A stretch of DNA of 64,000 bases from Octopus sinensis (Eukaryota), in the NCBI RefSeq assembly GCF_006345805.1, contig NC_043008.1, positions 5,518,001 to 5,582,000 of the forward strand, written 5' to 3'. The notes beneath the pieces were generated by a model. That model saw only the letters and a list, made by a program, of their open reading frames with translations. It was not told where the DNA came from and ran no database searches. Below are positions 12,069-25,291 of this stretch, piece by piece (within the stretch, counting starts at the first letter, position 1; each line of letters opens with the position of its first letter). The position numbers and the translations under genes were made by a program.

Positions 12069-12699
12069 GTGTGTGTATATAGCCACGCGTGTGTATACTG
12101 TAGATTATTAGCTCCGAGGAAATCAATATTGATTGTAACAAATTTGTGTGTATATGTGTATATATGTATGTATATATATATGTGTGTAGATATATATATA
12201 TGTGTGTGTGTGTGTAGATATATATGTGTGTGTGTGTGTAGATATATATGTGTGTGTGTGTAGATATATATATATGTGTGTGTAGATATATATATATGTG
12301 TGTAGATATATATGTATATATATATGTGATGTTTAAAGATATATATATTTAGCATGTTTATTGAGTTATTATTCTTATATGTATTTATGTATCAACGTGC
12401 TCTTGGTTTATTGATCTATATTCGTTATATTTATATATTAATACGCATATATATATATATATATATATATGTGTACTTATATATACACACACATGTATGT
12501 GTTTGTATCTATGTATGTATAAAATGTATCGTTTCCCGTCGTCCGATTTCCATGCTGGTAAGATTTGGACGGATCGTCTCTCCTCTTCCAGACAAACGAC
12601 CCTGACTCGTCCGTAAGTTTCACTTTTTCATTTGGTTTTCCACCCCTGGGTGTATACACCTCTCACCACTCAACACCCTGCAGTGTTCTTAAGCACATT

Positions 12700-13300
12700 T
12701 TATCATAAGTAACACCGTAAAAGACTCCCGATTGCCTCGTATAGATTAAAAATTCCTCTCGGCTCCATTCATACAAGGGTACTGGGTGCATTTGCCGAGG
12801 CACTCGTGCCAGGGAAGATTACAATGTCCTTGACGTTCCCTTCCAAGTCTACGGTTATATTCTCTCTCATCGGCCACTTTACAGACTCTTGGATGGAATT
12901 ATACTGTTACCAACACATATGGTGTTGGCCTGTACGCCATAAATTTTTGAAATTCTTACCAATCTATGTCTGCTTCAACTAAGCATAGGTAGGAGAGTGG
13001 AACAAAAGGTACGATGGAAATATTTGTAATTAGGGTGAGATGGCGGTAGAAGCAAGAGAAAGAGTGACGGATAGTAAAAAGTAGATAATTTGGAGAGAGA
13101 GAGAGAGTGATTGATGGATGTTACCATGCTGGAAGTAGTATAGAAAGCGTAATGGTAGATGGTATGTGATATATGTAGAACTGAGGAAGTGTCCCTTATG
13201 CATAAGTTTCGAGATGAGAAATAAAGAACTCGGGTGATTAGGATGAGAAAGGGAGGGTTCGAGTGTTGGAGAGTGTCAAATAGGTCCGGTGGCATCTCTA
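12700..13300 (-). mobile_element. Degenerate LINE-like fragment
   Basis: 106-aa ORF with weak RT C-terminal character; part of it recurs at 14215-14292. Confidence 0.35.
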
Positions 13301-14173
13301 ATTACGTTGGACTCGTGGTTCAATAAGTACGAGAGATCTGTCATCCTTCGTCACACCGACAACATTTTCACTTAGTTCTGTCATCTGAGAGCAGCCATGC
13401 TGGGACAAATCTTTGAGAGGAGGGGTTTTTTTTTTCTTTTTTCCTAGATCAATCCCATTTTTTATAAGGATCTCTTTTCGTTGATCTGCTGTGTTTATTG
13501 GTGGGGGATGTAAACAAAAGTACACTGGTTAAGTGCTGGGAGACGAATAAAATAATACACACACACGATGGACTCTGCTACAGTTTCTGTCCATCAGATT
13601 CATTCACTATGCTTTGGTCAGCCATGTGGTAAGAAGTCTGTTTCCCTACCATGTGGTTTCGGGTTCGGTCCTACTCCATAGCACCTTGGATAAATGTCTT
13701 TAATAGCTCTGGGCCAACCAAAGCGTTATGAGTGGATTTGGGAGATGGAAACTGAAAGAAACCTTTCTGTGTGCACCAAGATAGCTAGAGTGCGTGCCGC
13801 CCCTTGAACCCCACAAAAAACACATTGCCTATAGCAGACCCAAGAATGCCTCCCCTAATGCCCCCCCACACACACACACACAAGCTAGCTAATACCTGTG
13901 TGTGTGTTTTAATTTATCTTGTTTCAGTTATTAGACTGTGGGCATGTTAGGGCACACCTCTTGGAATCGACCCCAGTAATTATTGTTTTTCATTGTTTCT
14001 TTTTTGTTTGGGTGTTTTTCTTTTTTTAGCCTGGTACTTATTCAATTGGTTTCTTTTACCGAACTGCTAAGTTATGGGAACGTAAACAAACCAACACCAG
14101 TGGTCAAGCAGTGACAGGGAACAAACCCCTACACACAGACACACATAGATATATACACATGTATATCTATGTA

Positions 14174-14624
14174 TCTCTATATATATAAATGGCAAAATGT
14201 GTGTGTGTGTCTCGTTTAGATTAAAAATTCCTCTCGGCTCCATTCATACGAGGGTACTGGGTGCATTTACCGAGGCACCAGTACTAGGGAAGTGTGTGCA
14301 TGTTCTTTATACAAATCCACAATTTTTCAGTTAGAGGGCTCGCACTTTCTACGGTCATTCTAAACTGTCCAAGGGTGGTCATGCACATCTTTACATTTCC
14401 CCAGTCACCCAGCAAAGCCATTAAAAAATCAATAGAAGTGACTTTTTTGTGAATTTTCTATCCAAAACCCAATCAAAATGCCCGAAACTTGATATGCCAA
14501 TTGAATGCTAGCTAGCTATATGTGATTGGTCGGAGATTTGGACAGGACTCGCGTGTATGTGCGCACGCAGCTGTATATGCATGCACTAGCACTATGACCC
14601 TGCGTTGCCGGGTCATAGTGCTAG
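14174..14624 (+). mobile_element. Non-autonomous Helitron (second family)
   Basis: 5' A|TCTCTATATATATAAA; 3' perfect 16-bp hairpin ACTAGCACTATGACCC-9nt-GGGTCATAGTGCTAG|T. Confidence 0.75.
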
Positions 14625-15234
14625 TAGATATATACACATGTATATCTATGTATGTATTTATACAACAGGCTTTTTTCAACAAATTATTGTTGTATTCCAC
14701 ACAGACGGTACCCAAACCCAATCTGAACATTTACGAGGCTGACTGGAAGTCAACTGAAAAACATACTTCTGCGAAATGGCATAAAAGTCTCTCTGTGCAA
14801 ACCATTGATATAAAACTTAATTCATGTCTAAAATGCGAGCCCTGTGCATTAAATTTGTCCCAGAGAAGAGAGTCACTGCATCCGAAAACAACATTCCCCT
14901 GAGACGGGGAATAAGAGCTCCAATGGCTTGAATTAATAACAGCGAGAAATCCCCCCTCAAAGAGGCTTTTTGAAGATTGAAAATGAACTCAGTCAGGCTC
15001 TCCAGGAAAAGGAAAGGATAGAAAGAGAAACCAGGGCAGTGGGCAATATGGAAACGAATCTTAAGGGCTCCTACAAGTTTGTGAAAGAATCTGGCACTGT
15101 ATGAAGAAGACGGCTTGCTAACTGCAGACTCCAAGAGGATAAGTGGAGTGCTGAATAAACAGTTGCAAAGTGTCTTCACCTCTCCACTGGGAAATAGGCA
15201 AATAAGCAAGCCTGGTGAGTCTTCAACACCGCAG

Positions 15235-15535
15235 ATCATCATCATCGTTTAACGTCCGTTTTCCATGCTAGCACAGGTTGGACGGTTCGACCAGGGTCTG
15301 GGAAGCCAGAAGGCTGCACCAGGCTCCAGTCTGATCTGGCAGTGTTTCTACAGCGGGATGCCCTTCCTAACGCCAACCACTCCGTGAGTGTAGTGGGTGC
15401 TTTTTACATGCCACCGGCACAGGTACCGGGGGAAGCTGGCAGTGGCCATGATCGGTTGGTGCTTTTTATGTGCCACTGGCACAGGTATCACAACTATGAT
15501 TTCCATTTAATATTTATTTTGATGTTGATGTACTT
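15235..15535 (-). mobile_element. RTE 3'-UTR/tail element (…GGTTGGCGTTAGGAAGGGCATCCAGC…GGACGTTAAACGATGATGAT)
   Basis: Same sequence as the tail of the RTE at 25473-26893; many copies (about 9050, 16015, 20370, 24570, 27280, 33115, 33870, 35650, 36900, 40725, 45355, 45930, 49760). Confidence 0.85.
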
Positions 15536-15629
15536 GACTGAATCTACCTGGGAAAAGGGCAATCATAAACACTCAGCATGGTATCCGTCTGGGGAGGAAC
15601 TGCCCCTCATAGCTTCTACAGCATTATGA

Positions 15630-16720
15630 CTGAGTACTGAAATAACAGCTCAACCACACAAATATGGATGTGATGTATCTTGATTTTGCCAAGGCTTTTG
15701 GTAAAATTGATCATGGGATGATGCGTCGCAAACTCTGTGACCTTGGTAACACTGGAAAACTAGGAGTTGCTGCATGACTTTTGAAAAGGCAGAAGTCAGA
15801 CAGGTGCAAATAATGGTGCTCTGTTTGGGGTGACATCAATTTGCAGTGGAATCCCTCAAGAAATTGTAATGGGAGTACTGCTGTTTGTGGTGGCCCTCTC
15901 AGATATGCCCCCAGTTATACAGTCAACCATTCCTACCATCTATACTGATGATACAAAAGTATCAGAGGAGTCAAGGACTTTGACGACATACTAAAACTGC
16001 CAAATGACATGAATCATCATCATCATCATCATCATTTAACGTCCGCTTTCCATGCTAGCATGGGTTGGACGGTTTGACTGGGGTCTGTGAAGCCAGGAGG
16101 CTGCATCAGGCCCAGTCTGATCTGGCAGTGTTTCTACGGCTGGATGCCCTTCCTAACGCCAACCACTCCGTGAGTGTAGTGGGTGCTTTTTACGTGCCAC
16201 TGGCATGGGGGCCAGGCGAGGCTGGCAACATGAATGCAGTATTCAAATGGGCTGATGGAAATAACATGCAGCTCAATGCTGAGAAGTTTCAAGTGCTCAG
16301 CTGTTGACCCACAAATAGTCTACAATTGGAATACACAGGATCATGGGGGAAGTGCTATGAGTAATAGTGCAACATTCCATGTGCATTTTAGCAAGATGGC
16401 AGCAGTGTGCAGGTGAGTAGCTGGATGGATTCTGAGATCATTCAGAACCAAGAAAAAGGATGCTTTGCTATTCCTATGGAGAACTTTCATTCTCAGTTGT
16501 CTGGGTTACTGCTCCCAACAGGGATCACCACAGAGCATGAAACTGGTGGTGGCACTTGAGGCACTCCAGTGCCACTGCACAAGAAGATTGATTTGGTGAA
16601 ACAGATGAGCTCCTGGAAGAGGCTAAAGGGACTGAAACTCTACTCCCTAGAGAGAAGGCTTGAAAGATGTACAGTGATATACATGTGGAAGGACTAGCTC
16701 CTAACTTTGGAATTGAAAGC
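15630..16720 (+). mobile_element. Degenerate CR1-type LINE RT fragment, interrupted at 16015-16230
   Basis: MDVMYLDFAKAF.K.DHG, GIPQ, IYTDDTKV, NNMQLNAEKFQVL motifs with stops and frameshifts. Confidence 0.75.
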
Positions 16721-17012
16721 TATACCTATTTCTATTTCTTTACCACCCACAAGGGGCTAAACACAGAGGGGACAAACGGATTAAGTCGATTACATCAACA
16801 CCAGTGCGTAACTGGTACTTAATTTATCGACCCCGAAAGGATGAAAGTCAAAGTCGACCTCAGCGGAATTTGAACTCAGTATGTAACAGCAGACGAAATA
16901 TGGCTATGCATTTCGCCCGGCGTGCTAACGGTTCTGCCGGCTCGCTGCTATACCAACCACTGAACTGGATGGCACAGCAGAGTGCCAAAGATCCTATGTT
17001 CCCCATCTAGAA

Positions 17013-17342
17013 CAGTGATTCTCAACCAGGGTCCATTTGGGCCCTGAGGCTCTACACAACTAAATAGTAAATTGGTGATCCTCAATAGTATTTTAAGAGC
17101 CCCATGAAAAAATGTTGCCTTAGATGTACATAATTGGGATGTATTGCAAGAAACAGCTGGGTTTCTTTCTCTGACATTTTACGTAGTTCAAACTTCACAA
17201 GTTAATGTGTGAAAAAAAAAAGGAATTTTGAAAGAAGTTTCTAGAAAACCAGTTTTTAAACATCAAATGGTGATGGGGGTCCACCAGAATAAAATTGTAA
17301 TCAAAGGGAGGTTCATAGATGAAAAATGGTTGAGAACCCCTG
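17013..17342. mobile_element. hAT (Charlie-like) MITE
   Basis: TIRs CAGTGATTCTCAACC / GGTTGAGAACCCCTG, 8-bp TSD ATCTAGAA/ATCTAAAA; related partial copy at about 23270-23586. Confidence 0.8.
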
Positions 17343-18224
17343 ATCTAAAATAAGGACCCAGTACTTTAACAACTTGGGTTGCGAGGGTCCACAACTGTTC
17401 AACATTCTGCTGAACAACCTCAGAGATTTGTGAGGTGTAGATGTGGTGGACCTTCACAAAGAGCATCTGGAGAAATTTTTATCTGAAATAGCAGCCGGAC
17501 CCACATTGCGACAGGAGGCACAAAGAAGAATAGCTTTGACCAATTCACTATTTCATCAAATACAGTACAGAAAAAAAAACCCAGGCACACTGAAAGGCAG
17601 TGCTCCACATGGCCCCAACCTCTGGCTGACACTAGTGAAAGATAAAAGAATTATATTTTCAGTCAGGAGGTGAATATATTTATTTAACCACTTGGTATTT
17701 CTAGGGTTACAGCCCAATATAACCATGATGTTCCGGTGATCTGAAGAGCTAGCCTTCTATATCTGCATTGATTTGTAAATGCATAGCATGTATATTGGTG
17801 CAGGTATGTAAAATAATTTTATTATACACTGGTGGGGCTCCGAAAGGGATCTTGGGGAGTAGTATCCCTGCCTTCCTGAGCTAGTTTTCCACCAGATATC
17901 TTAAAACTCATGGTAGAGACCTTGGTCTCAGGACCACTCATGTCTAGAAACTGAAGTTGTTGGGTAAGCGGGCATGCTCCCCTTAGAAAATCTAGCTCCA
18001 AGAAAAGCCACATGATAGCAAAGGAGAATGGGTATCAAAGGTTGGGGTGGGCTGCTCCTGCCTACCTTAATTGCTATGGCATTGAGGTAGATCCACCCAC
18101 CCCTGTTAACAGAGACAAAACCCGGATTTGAAACACTGGATGATGATGATGATGAAATTATTATTGCATGATGAAGGCTGCAAAACACCTTTAATCCTCC
18201 AGATGTCAAGTACTTAAATAAATA

Positions 18225-18540
18225 TATTCATTATGCAGTCCTATATTTAAGAGATGAGGAATTATTTACATTTGACGGATATTTGTCCTCATCTTGTTTG
18301 CTTTTAACACAACGTTTCGGTTGATTTACCCTCCAGCCTTCATCAGGTGTTTTGGGGGAAATTTCGTACCTGGATTCTCATTCCTAAAGTATTTTTATTA
18401 TGTTACTATTACTATTATTATTCGGGTCACTGCCTGGAATCGAACTCGGAATCTTAGGGTTAGTAGCCCGCACTCTTAACCACTACGCCATATGCCCATG
18501 GGCATATGGCGTAGTGGTTAACAAGATGAGGACAAATATA
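18225..18540 (-). mobile_element. Head-to-head tRNA-headed element carrying a hammerhead motif (Penelope-like non-autonomous)
   Basis: tRNA-like head 18497-18421, HHR motif in the body, 46-bp perfect palindrome at the head junction; second copy at 46722-47092. Confidence 0.7.
18306..18351 (-). ncRNA. Minimal type-I hammerhead ribozyme motif
   Basis: aacac-CUGAUGA-a-GGCUG(10 nt)CAACC-GAAAC-GUU-guguu: stem I 5 bp, stem II 4 of 5 bp, palindromic ACGU stem III. Confidence 0.65.
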
Positions 18541-18795
18541 TGTGTGTGTCTGTGTTTGTCCCCCCCAACATCGCTTGACAACCAATGCTGGTGTGTTTAC
18601 GTCCCTGTAACTTAGTGACCGATAGAATAAGTGCTAGGCTTACAAAAAAATGGTCGATTTCTTTGACTAAAGGCGGTGCTCCAGCATGGCCGCAGTCAAA
18701 TGACGGAACCAAGTAAAAGAGTAAGAGTAAATGAATTTAAATCTGGAAGAATTTTCCTCACAACCATCATTGTGTGTGTACATATGTATATATAT

Positions 18796-20130
18796 ACGAG
18801 GGTGAGTCAAAAAGTAATGCCATTTTGTTTAGGACAGGTATAATTACCAACACATACATCAAAATGTATCATACATCAAAATGAAGCTGGTCCTCCATGG
18901 AACACATCCCTACTAATCAACATAGTCACCATTTCTCTCAATAGCAATGTTCCACCTTCAAATGAGAGCATGTATCCCTGTCCCGTAAAATTCTGTTGAC
19001 TGTTCTTTGAGCCACTTCTTCACTACAGTTTTTCACTTCCTCCTCACTGGAATAATGTTTGCCTCTCAAACCCTCTTTCATGGCACCAAAGAGATGATAG
19101 TCTGAAGGCGTTAAATCTATTGAGTGTGGAAATTATGAAGAAGTGGCTCAAAGAACAGTCAACAGTATTTTACAAGGTAGGGATACATGCTCTCATTTGA
19201 AGGTGGGATATTACTATTGAGAGAAACGGTGACTATGTTGAGAAGTAGGGATGTGATCCACAGAGGACCAGCTTCATGAAGGTGTCCAGGAACCTTGTCA
19301 CATCCTCCCTCACCTTTTCAATGTCATCAGAACATCTGCTCCTGAGATTGTCCTTCACCCTAGGGAACAACCAAAAGTCACAGGGAGCAAGGTCTGGACT
19401 GAAGGGTGAGTGAGGGACAGTTTTGATGCCCAACTCTATTGAGTTTTTGGTTACCAGGATGGAATTGTGAACTTGTGCATTGTCCTGGTGTAGGTGCCAC
19501 TGAGCCAAGTGGCTGAGCTCTGGTCTTTTGCTACGGAATCTGTTCCCAAACTCCTTCAAAACCTCTACAAAGTACTCTTTATTGACCATCTGGCCAGAGG
19601 GAACCCGGTGGATGTAGATGCTGCCCTTGCTGCTGAAAAAGGGGATTATCACAAGGTCCCTGATGGACTTGCTTAACCTTCTCGGGTCTGGGGGGAGCCA
19701 GGATGCTTCCATTCAGCACAAAGGTCACTAGAGATCCAAGTACTCTTCTATTGGAGGTAATGAGTGTAACCATCTCTTTGCTGTCACCAACACATCTTCT
19801 GTTCGTCACCAAGCTCCCCGGAAACGAACTCTGCACAAATTTTGCCCATGTTCAGATCTTCGTAAATATTTCTGCACACGGTTACCACACCGACACCAAA
19901 CTGATGTTTATTGTCTTTTTAGACACACGACAGCCTCATCCAGAAAATTGCAAATTTTCTCAGCCAGCTCTAACGTTCTGGTACCCTTCTTTTTCCCATA
20001 TCTCTCACCTCTTCTCTGTCATCTTTGAACCTTTTGTGCCAGTGAAAAACAAATGCTCAGCTCATCCACAAGCAGTCGGGACCATTTCATAAGCTTTTGG
20101 AGCATTTTTAGCCAGCTTAACAGATAGTGA
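18796..20130 (-). mobile_element. Composite of mariner fragments
   Basis: TIR TACGAGGGTGAGTCAAAAAGTAATG at 18796; ORF 19233-19712 has HQDNA and HSPFSPDLAPCDFWLFP mariner catalytic motifs. Confidence 0.85.
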
Positions 20131-20603
20131 GCTTATAAATTGTCTTGACATCCCGACTGCATTCTGCAAACTTGTCAGCTGTGACGAGCAGGGTTTAGTA
20201 GAATTTTCAAAGTGCTGCTACAGTCGTCTCCATCATTCTAGAATAAAGAGAGAAATTGGCAGGTCAGCTAATTAGAGGTACAGTAATAAAATATTAAAAT
20301 TACAATAATCTAGGACATAACTCCCTCTCTCAAAATGTCTGGAATGCACTTTGTATGTATATATATATATCATCATCATCATCATTTCGTGTCCGTTTTC
20401 CATGCTAGCATGGGTTGGACGGTTCAACTGGGGTCTGTGAAGCCGGAAGGCTTCATCAGGCCCAGTCAGATCTGGCAGTGTTTCTACGGCTGGATGCCCT
20501 GCCTAACGCCAACCACTCTATGAGTTAGGAAGGGCATCCAGCCGTAGAAACACTGCCAGATCTGACTGGGCCTGATGAAGCCTTCCGGCTTCACAGACCC
20601 CAG

Positions 20604-20647
<44 letters not shown>

Positions 20648-21009
20648 TATATATTGCATTGCAATTAAAAACACTTGTGTATTAATTTGGGTAGTATACC
20701 AACAGTATATTGGATAAGTATTATCCCTTAGAGGGTTGGATCCACAACCCCTAACTTAATTGGTGTTGTATGTGTATATATATATATGATAAGTAAAAAA
20801 ACAGGCAAATCGTGGGTACGTTCAGTGAGATGATGGCCTTGCCCGATATGTAGAAAAGGTGTCGGGGGAAACTCCATCAGGTGTACCCAGTACAAGCTAT
20901 GGACACATAAGAGGTGCAACTGTATCACTGGACAGCTAATGGAGAAAGTAGTCTTTACATGTGGCAGATATACAGGTACATTAAACACCTGAAATGTACA
21001 AAAAATAGA

Positions 21010-21968
21010 CTCCCTCAAATGTCAGGAGGTTATCCCTAGATGTTGTCGACAGTTCCTGTTACTTAGGTGGCTGAGTTAGTAGTGAGGGTGGTTGATCCAA
21101 AAGTATAGCTGCTAGAATAAGAATAGGCTGGATAAAGTTCAGAGAGCTGCTCCCTCTGTTGGTAATGAAGGGCTTCTCCCTCAGAGTGAAAGGCAGATTG
21201 TATGATGCATGTGTACAGACAGCTATGCTACATGGTGGCAAGACATGGGCTGTGACTACTGAGGATATGTGAAGACTTGAAAGAAGCCAGTATGCTTCAC
21301 TGGGTGGGTAATGTCCGTGTGTGTATACGACAGAGTGTAAGTGACTTGAGAGAAAACCTGGGTATACCTGGCATCGGGTGTAGTCTTGCAGGAGAGAAAA
21401 CTGCGCTGGTATGGCCATGTAATGCATGTGAATGGGGACAGTTGCGTGAAGAGGTGCTGATCTCTAATTGTAGAGGGAACATGTGGGAAGGGGTAGACCC
21501 AGGAAGACATGGGACGAAGTGGGGAGAAAGGACCTGCAGATGCTGGGACTCACTGAAGGGATGACTGGAGACTGAGACACCTGGTGGTTTGCTCTGCTGG
21601 GAAAGACCCACCTGGCTAAGTAAAAGTGTGGTTGTCCTTGCATACAGGCTTTTCCTTTGCAACCCTCTCCTGCTGAGCAGCCCTAACCTTGTGGGCTCGT
21701 AAGTGCTGGTGCCACATTAAATGCACTGACGCTGGTGCCACATTAAATGCACTGATGCTGGTGCCACATTAAAAGCACTGACGCTGGTCCCACATTAAGA
21801 GCACACAGTACACTTTGTAGAGTGGTTGACATTATGAAGGATATCTAGCCAGAGCTACCATGCCAAAACAGACAATTTTAGTCTGGTGTAGCCCTTGGCC
21901 ATACCAGCTTCAGTCAAACTGTGCAACCCATGCCAGCATGGAAAAACAGGCATTAAATGATGATGATG
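21010..21968 (+). mobile_element. Degenerate RTE LINE 3' portion with tail
   Basis: Homologous to 25473-26893; 26-bp tandem unit x4 at about 21705-21805; (GAT)n tail. Confidence 0.85.
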
Positions 21969-22639
21969 GTAGGTGTGCTCAATACATCCCCAATTTCCTT
22001 CTTTACCCCCATCCCATCCTCCCGGCTTGTTTGAGAATCATAGTATTGTTGGTTCTACAGTAATCCCATCGAAAGAGGTTGAGGTAGCCAGTGTGCATTT
22101 TATTATATAGACAATGTTTTGGGCAGTAATCTTTAGCCTTCAGTGGATTGGCTAGTTTGGTAGGTGTGAAGGACGATGGCTGTTGACAGTCGTGCATGTA
22201 CATTCAATGTTCCCTTGGCACTTTTTCCCAAATAGTGTAATTAAACCTTAAACCAATAAAAGTTGAGATTGTTTAACCAGTATCCTGTAATAAGATCTGG
22301 GCCAGGGGATTTCCTGTTTGGTATTTTTTATCAAGAATTCCAAGCACCACACTGTCAATTCCATTACAGTTTTTTATCCAACATGCTTACAGTATTCCTG
22401 TTCTAAATTCTCTTTCCATTCAGCTTTTAGTTGAATTTATGTGTTTGTTTGTTTTTTTTTTGTGGTGGGGGGGTTCCTCAAAATGGTCTCCAGTAACTTT
22501 TCGCTCGTTCTGTTGATGTGACGTTTTTGTTTTTTTTTGACATTGAGTTATTTTCGCTGAAGTTGCAAAGACGGATTTAGGAACGCTAGCAAACAACCTT
22601 TTTCAGTTAAACAAGGATGTTCTATTAGAACAAACTATA

Positions 22640-23120
22640 CTGGTGAAGGTGCATGGCTCGGTTAGAATATCGGTCTCACAATCATGAGGATGTGAGTTCA
22701 GTTCTCAGGCTGAGCTGTGTGTTATGTTCTCAAGCAGGAGACTCCAGTTCACTCATCTGTAGAGATGAGTTGTGATGTCACTGGTGCCAAGCTGTATCGG
22801 CCCCTTTGCCTTTCCCTTGGATAACATTGGTGGTGTGGAGAGGGGAGGCAGGTATGTATGGGCGACTGCTGGTCTCCCACAAACAACCTTTCCTGGACTT
22901 GTGCCTCGGAAGGTAACTTTCTAGGTGTGATCCCCAGTCATTTATGACTGAAGGGGTCTTTACTCTTTACCACTGTAGTTATCATAAGGGAAACCCTCGT
23001 GCTTCAATGAGTCACTTTTTAGGTGCAATCCCACAGTCATTCAAGACTGAAGGAGGGGTCTTTACTCTTTACTGCTGTAGTTATCATGAGAGAAACCCTC
23101 CTTGGCTTTTTGGTGCAAAA
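22640..23120 (+). mobile_element. Diverged tRNA-derived SINE with tandemly repeated tail
   Basis: A/B-box-like head; tail unit ...GACTGAAGGGGTCTTTACTCTTTA repeated. Confidence 0.55.
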
Positions 23121-23694
23121 TGCCTTTGTCGCTAATATAAAAAATCTTTTCAGTGTTTTCCATTTCTGTTCTGCAAATTTATATTTTCATTTCTCGGTTT
23201 CTGCTTTTAGATCTTGTTTTAGCCAATAAAGTTTGGCATTTAATGGTTTAGCTTGTGAGTTGCCAAACTCTAGGGGCCATGTAAGACTTTTGTTGGTGGG
23301 GTGTCTATACAAGCAAAATGGAGAATTGGTAATCCACAGTAGTTCGTTAAGGGCCCATGGAAAAATTTTGCCTTAGATGTGTTGTTGCACGAAACAGCTG
23401 GTTAGCTTTCTCTGACATTTTGCATCATTCAACCTACACAAGTTTCTGTGTGAAAAACAGTTGGAGTTTTGAAAGAAACATTTATAAAACCAGTTTTTAA
23501 ACATCGAATAGCTATGGGGGCCCCACCAAAATAAAATGGTAATCAAAGGGGTCCATAGATAAAAAAAAAATGGTTGAGAACCCTTGTTTTAAATGGTTCT
23601 GATGTTTTGTGAATTCTTTGATGGTGTCACACCTCATAACTATGATAATCTCTGAGATAATTTTTCAAAGAAACAGGGTTTTAATTTCCAATAT

Positions 23695-23742
<48 letters not shown>

Positions 23743-23876
23743 TATTTTTATATATATATATACACACACATATATATATATATATATATACATATATACA
23801 CATATATATATATATATATACACACATATATATATACACACACACATATATATATACATATATATATATAATATAT

Positions 23877-23931
<55 letters not shown>

Positions 23932-25070
23932 CACAGTATGGAAAAGTGGACATTGAAACAATGGTGATTTTGTTTGTGTGTATGATGTACATATTACTTG
24001 CAGGCTTGGCTATGTTGTAAGGAGTTTGCTTGCAAATTATGTAGTTTTGGGTTCAGTCCCTCTGTGCAGCAGCTCCCTTCCTTGAAGGTGTTGAGAGGCT
24101 TAAAGTATGGCAGTGGGACAAGCATAGATGTCTTGCTGTAGAAGAGAAACATGGCTGCCCCCCTCCCCCCATTATACAGGGTGTTTTGAGCTATAATTGA
24201 CAGTTTGCATCAAGGGGAAAAGAAAACCCAAAGCCTGTCCCCCCCAAAAAAGTATTTTTAAAAAATCAAGAGATATCTATGAGATTGTGGTTGGGAGATA
24301 AGTTTTCTCAAAGTAGCCACCATCAGCTTCTGCCATGGCTTCAAGATGACTCTGGAAACTGGCACATGTGTCCCTCTCTGTGACCCTGGGAAGATTTTCA
24401 AACACCTCCTTAACCCTTTCGTTACTGTATTTCTGTTGAGATGCTCTGTGTTTGTTTCGATTAATTTTAAATACAACAAAGAATTTAATAAAATAACTTC
24501 GTTATCATTAAGCTGGTGTTAGGAAGATAAATTGTGACTAAGTTTTGGTGGGAGATTTTAAATCAAAACTTCATCATCGTTTAACATCTGTTCTCCATGC
24601 TAGCATGGGTTGGACGGTTCGACCGGGGATCTGGGAAGCCAGAGGGCTGCACCAGGCTCCGGTCTTATCTGGCAATATTTCTACAGCTGGATGCCCTTCC
24701 TAACGCCAACCACTCCGTGAGTGTAGTGGGTGCTTTTTACGTGCCACCTGCACTGGTGCCAGGCGAGGCTGGCATCGGCCACGGTCGGATTGGTGCATTT
24801 TACGTGCCACCTGCACGGAAGCCAGTCGTGACGGCACTGGCTTCAGCCACGATTCGGATAGTGCTTTTTACGTATTGCAGAGCCAGAGGTGGTTTGAGCT
24901 GGGTTGGTATTGAAAGGGTTAAACACACCTCTACATTTGGGCTGATGCACATTAGGAGCAGTAGGAAGAGTGTGGATTGAAGGAAATTTAGGCTATTATT
25001 TCTAGCATATAGAGTGACCACATTGAGGTCTCTTTCTTTCATGTCTTCTGTTGATTATTTTTCTTCTTGA

Positions 25071-25291
25071 CCCTTTTGTTACTGTATTTATTTTGGGATG
25101 CTCTGTGTTTCTTTGAATTACTTTTAAATATAACAAAGAATTTAGTAAAATAACTTAGTTATCATTAAGCTAGTGTTAGGAACATAAATTGTGACTAAGG
25201 TTTGGTGAAAGATTTTAATTCAAAACTTATGAAAACAAGACATTTGTACTGAGAGCCAGAGCCGGTTTTAGCTGGGTTGGTAACGAAAGGG
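25071..25291. mobile_element. piggyBac-type MITE family A
   Basis: CCCTTT...AAAGGG termini, TTAA at the right end; copies at 28789-29226, 52450-52670; partials near 24410 and 34930-35097. Confidence 0.75.

Noticed and set aside
11971-12111. Continuation of the exon-1 ORF
   Set aside because: Reads through a GT donor into microsatellite
14880-15230. ORF fragments here and at 17880-18130, 26900-27180, 29380-29640 as host exons
   Set aside because: Stops and frameshifts with weak L1/Tx1-like traces; too degenerate to call firmly and not host-gene-like
20570-20600. CTGATGAAGCC as a hammerhead core
   Set aside because: No GAAA follows; simple hairpin within an RTE tail
21705-21805. CRISPR-like repeat arrays (also 26155-26600 and 36900-37170)
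   Set aside because: Eukaryotic DNA, contiguous units without unique spacers, inside RTE 3' UTRs
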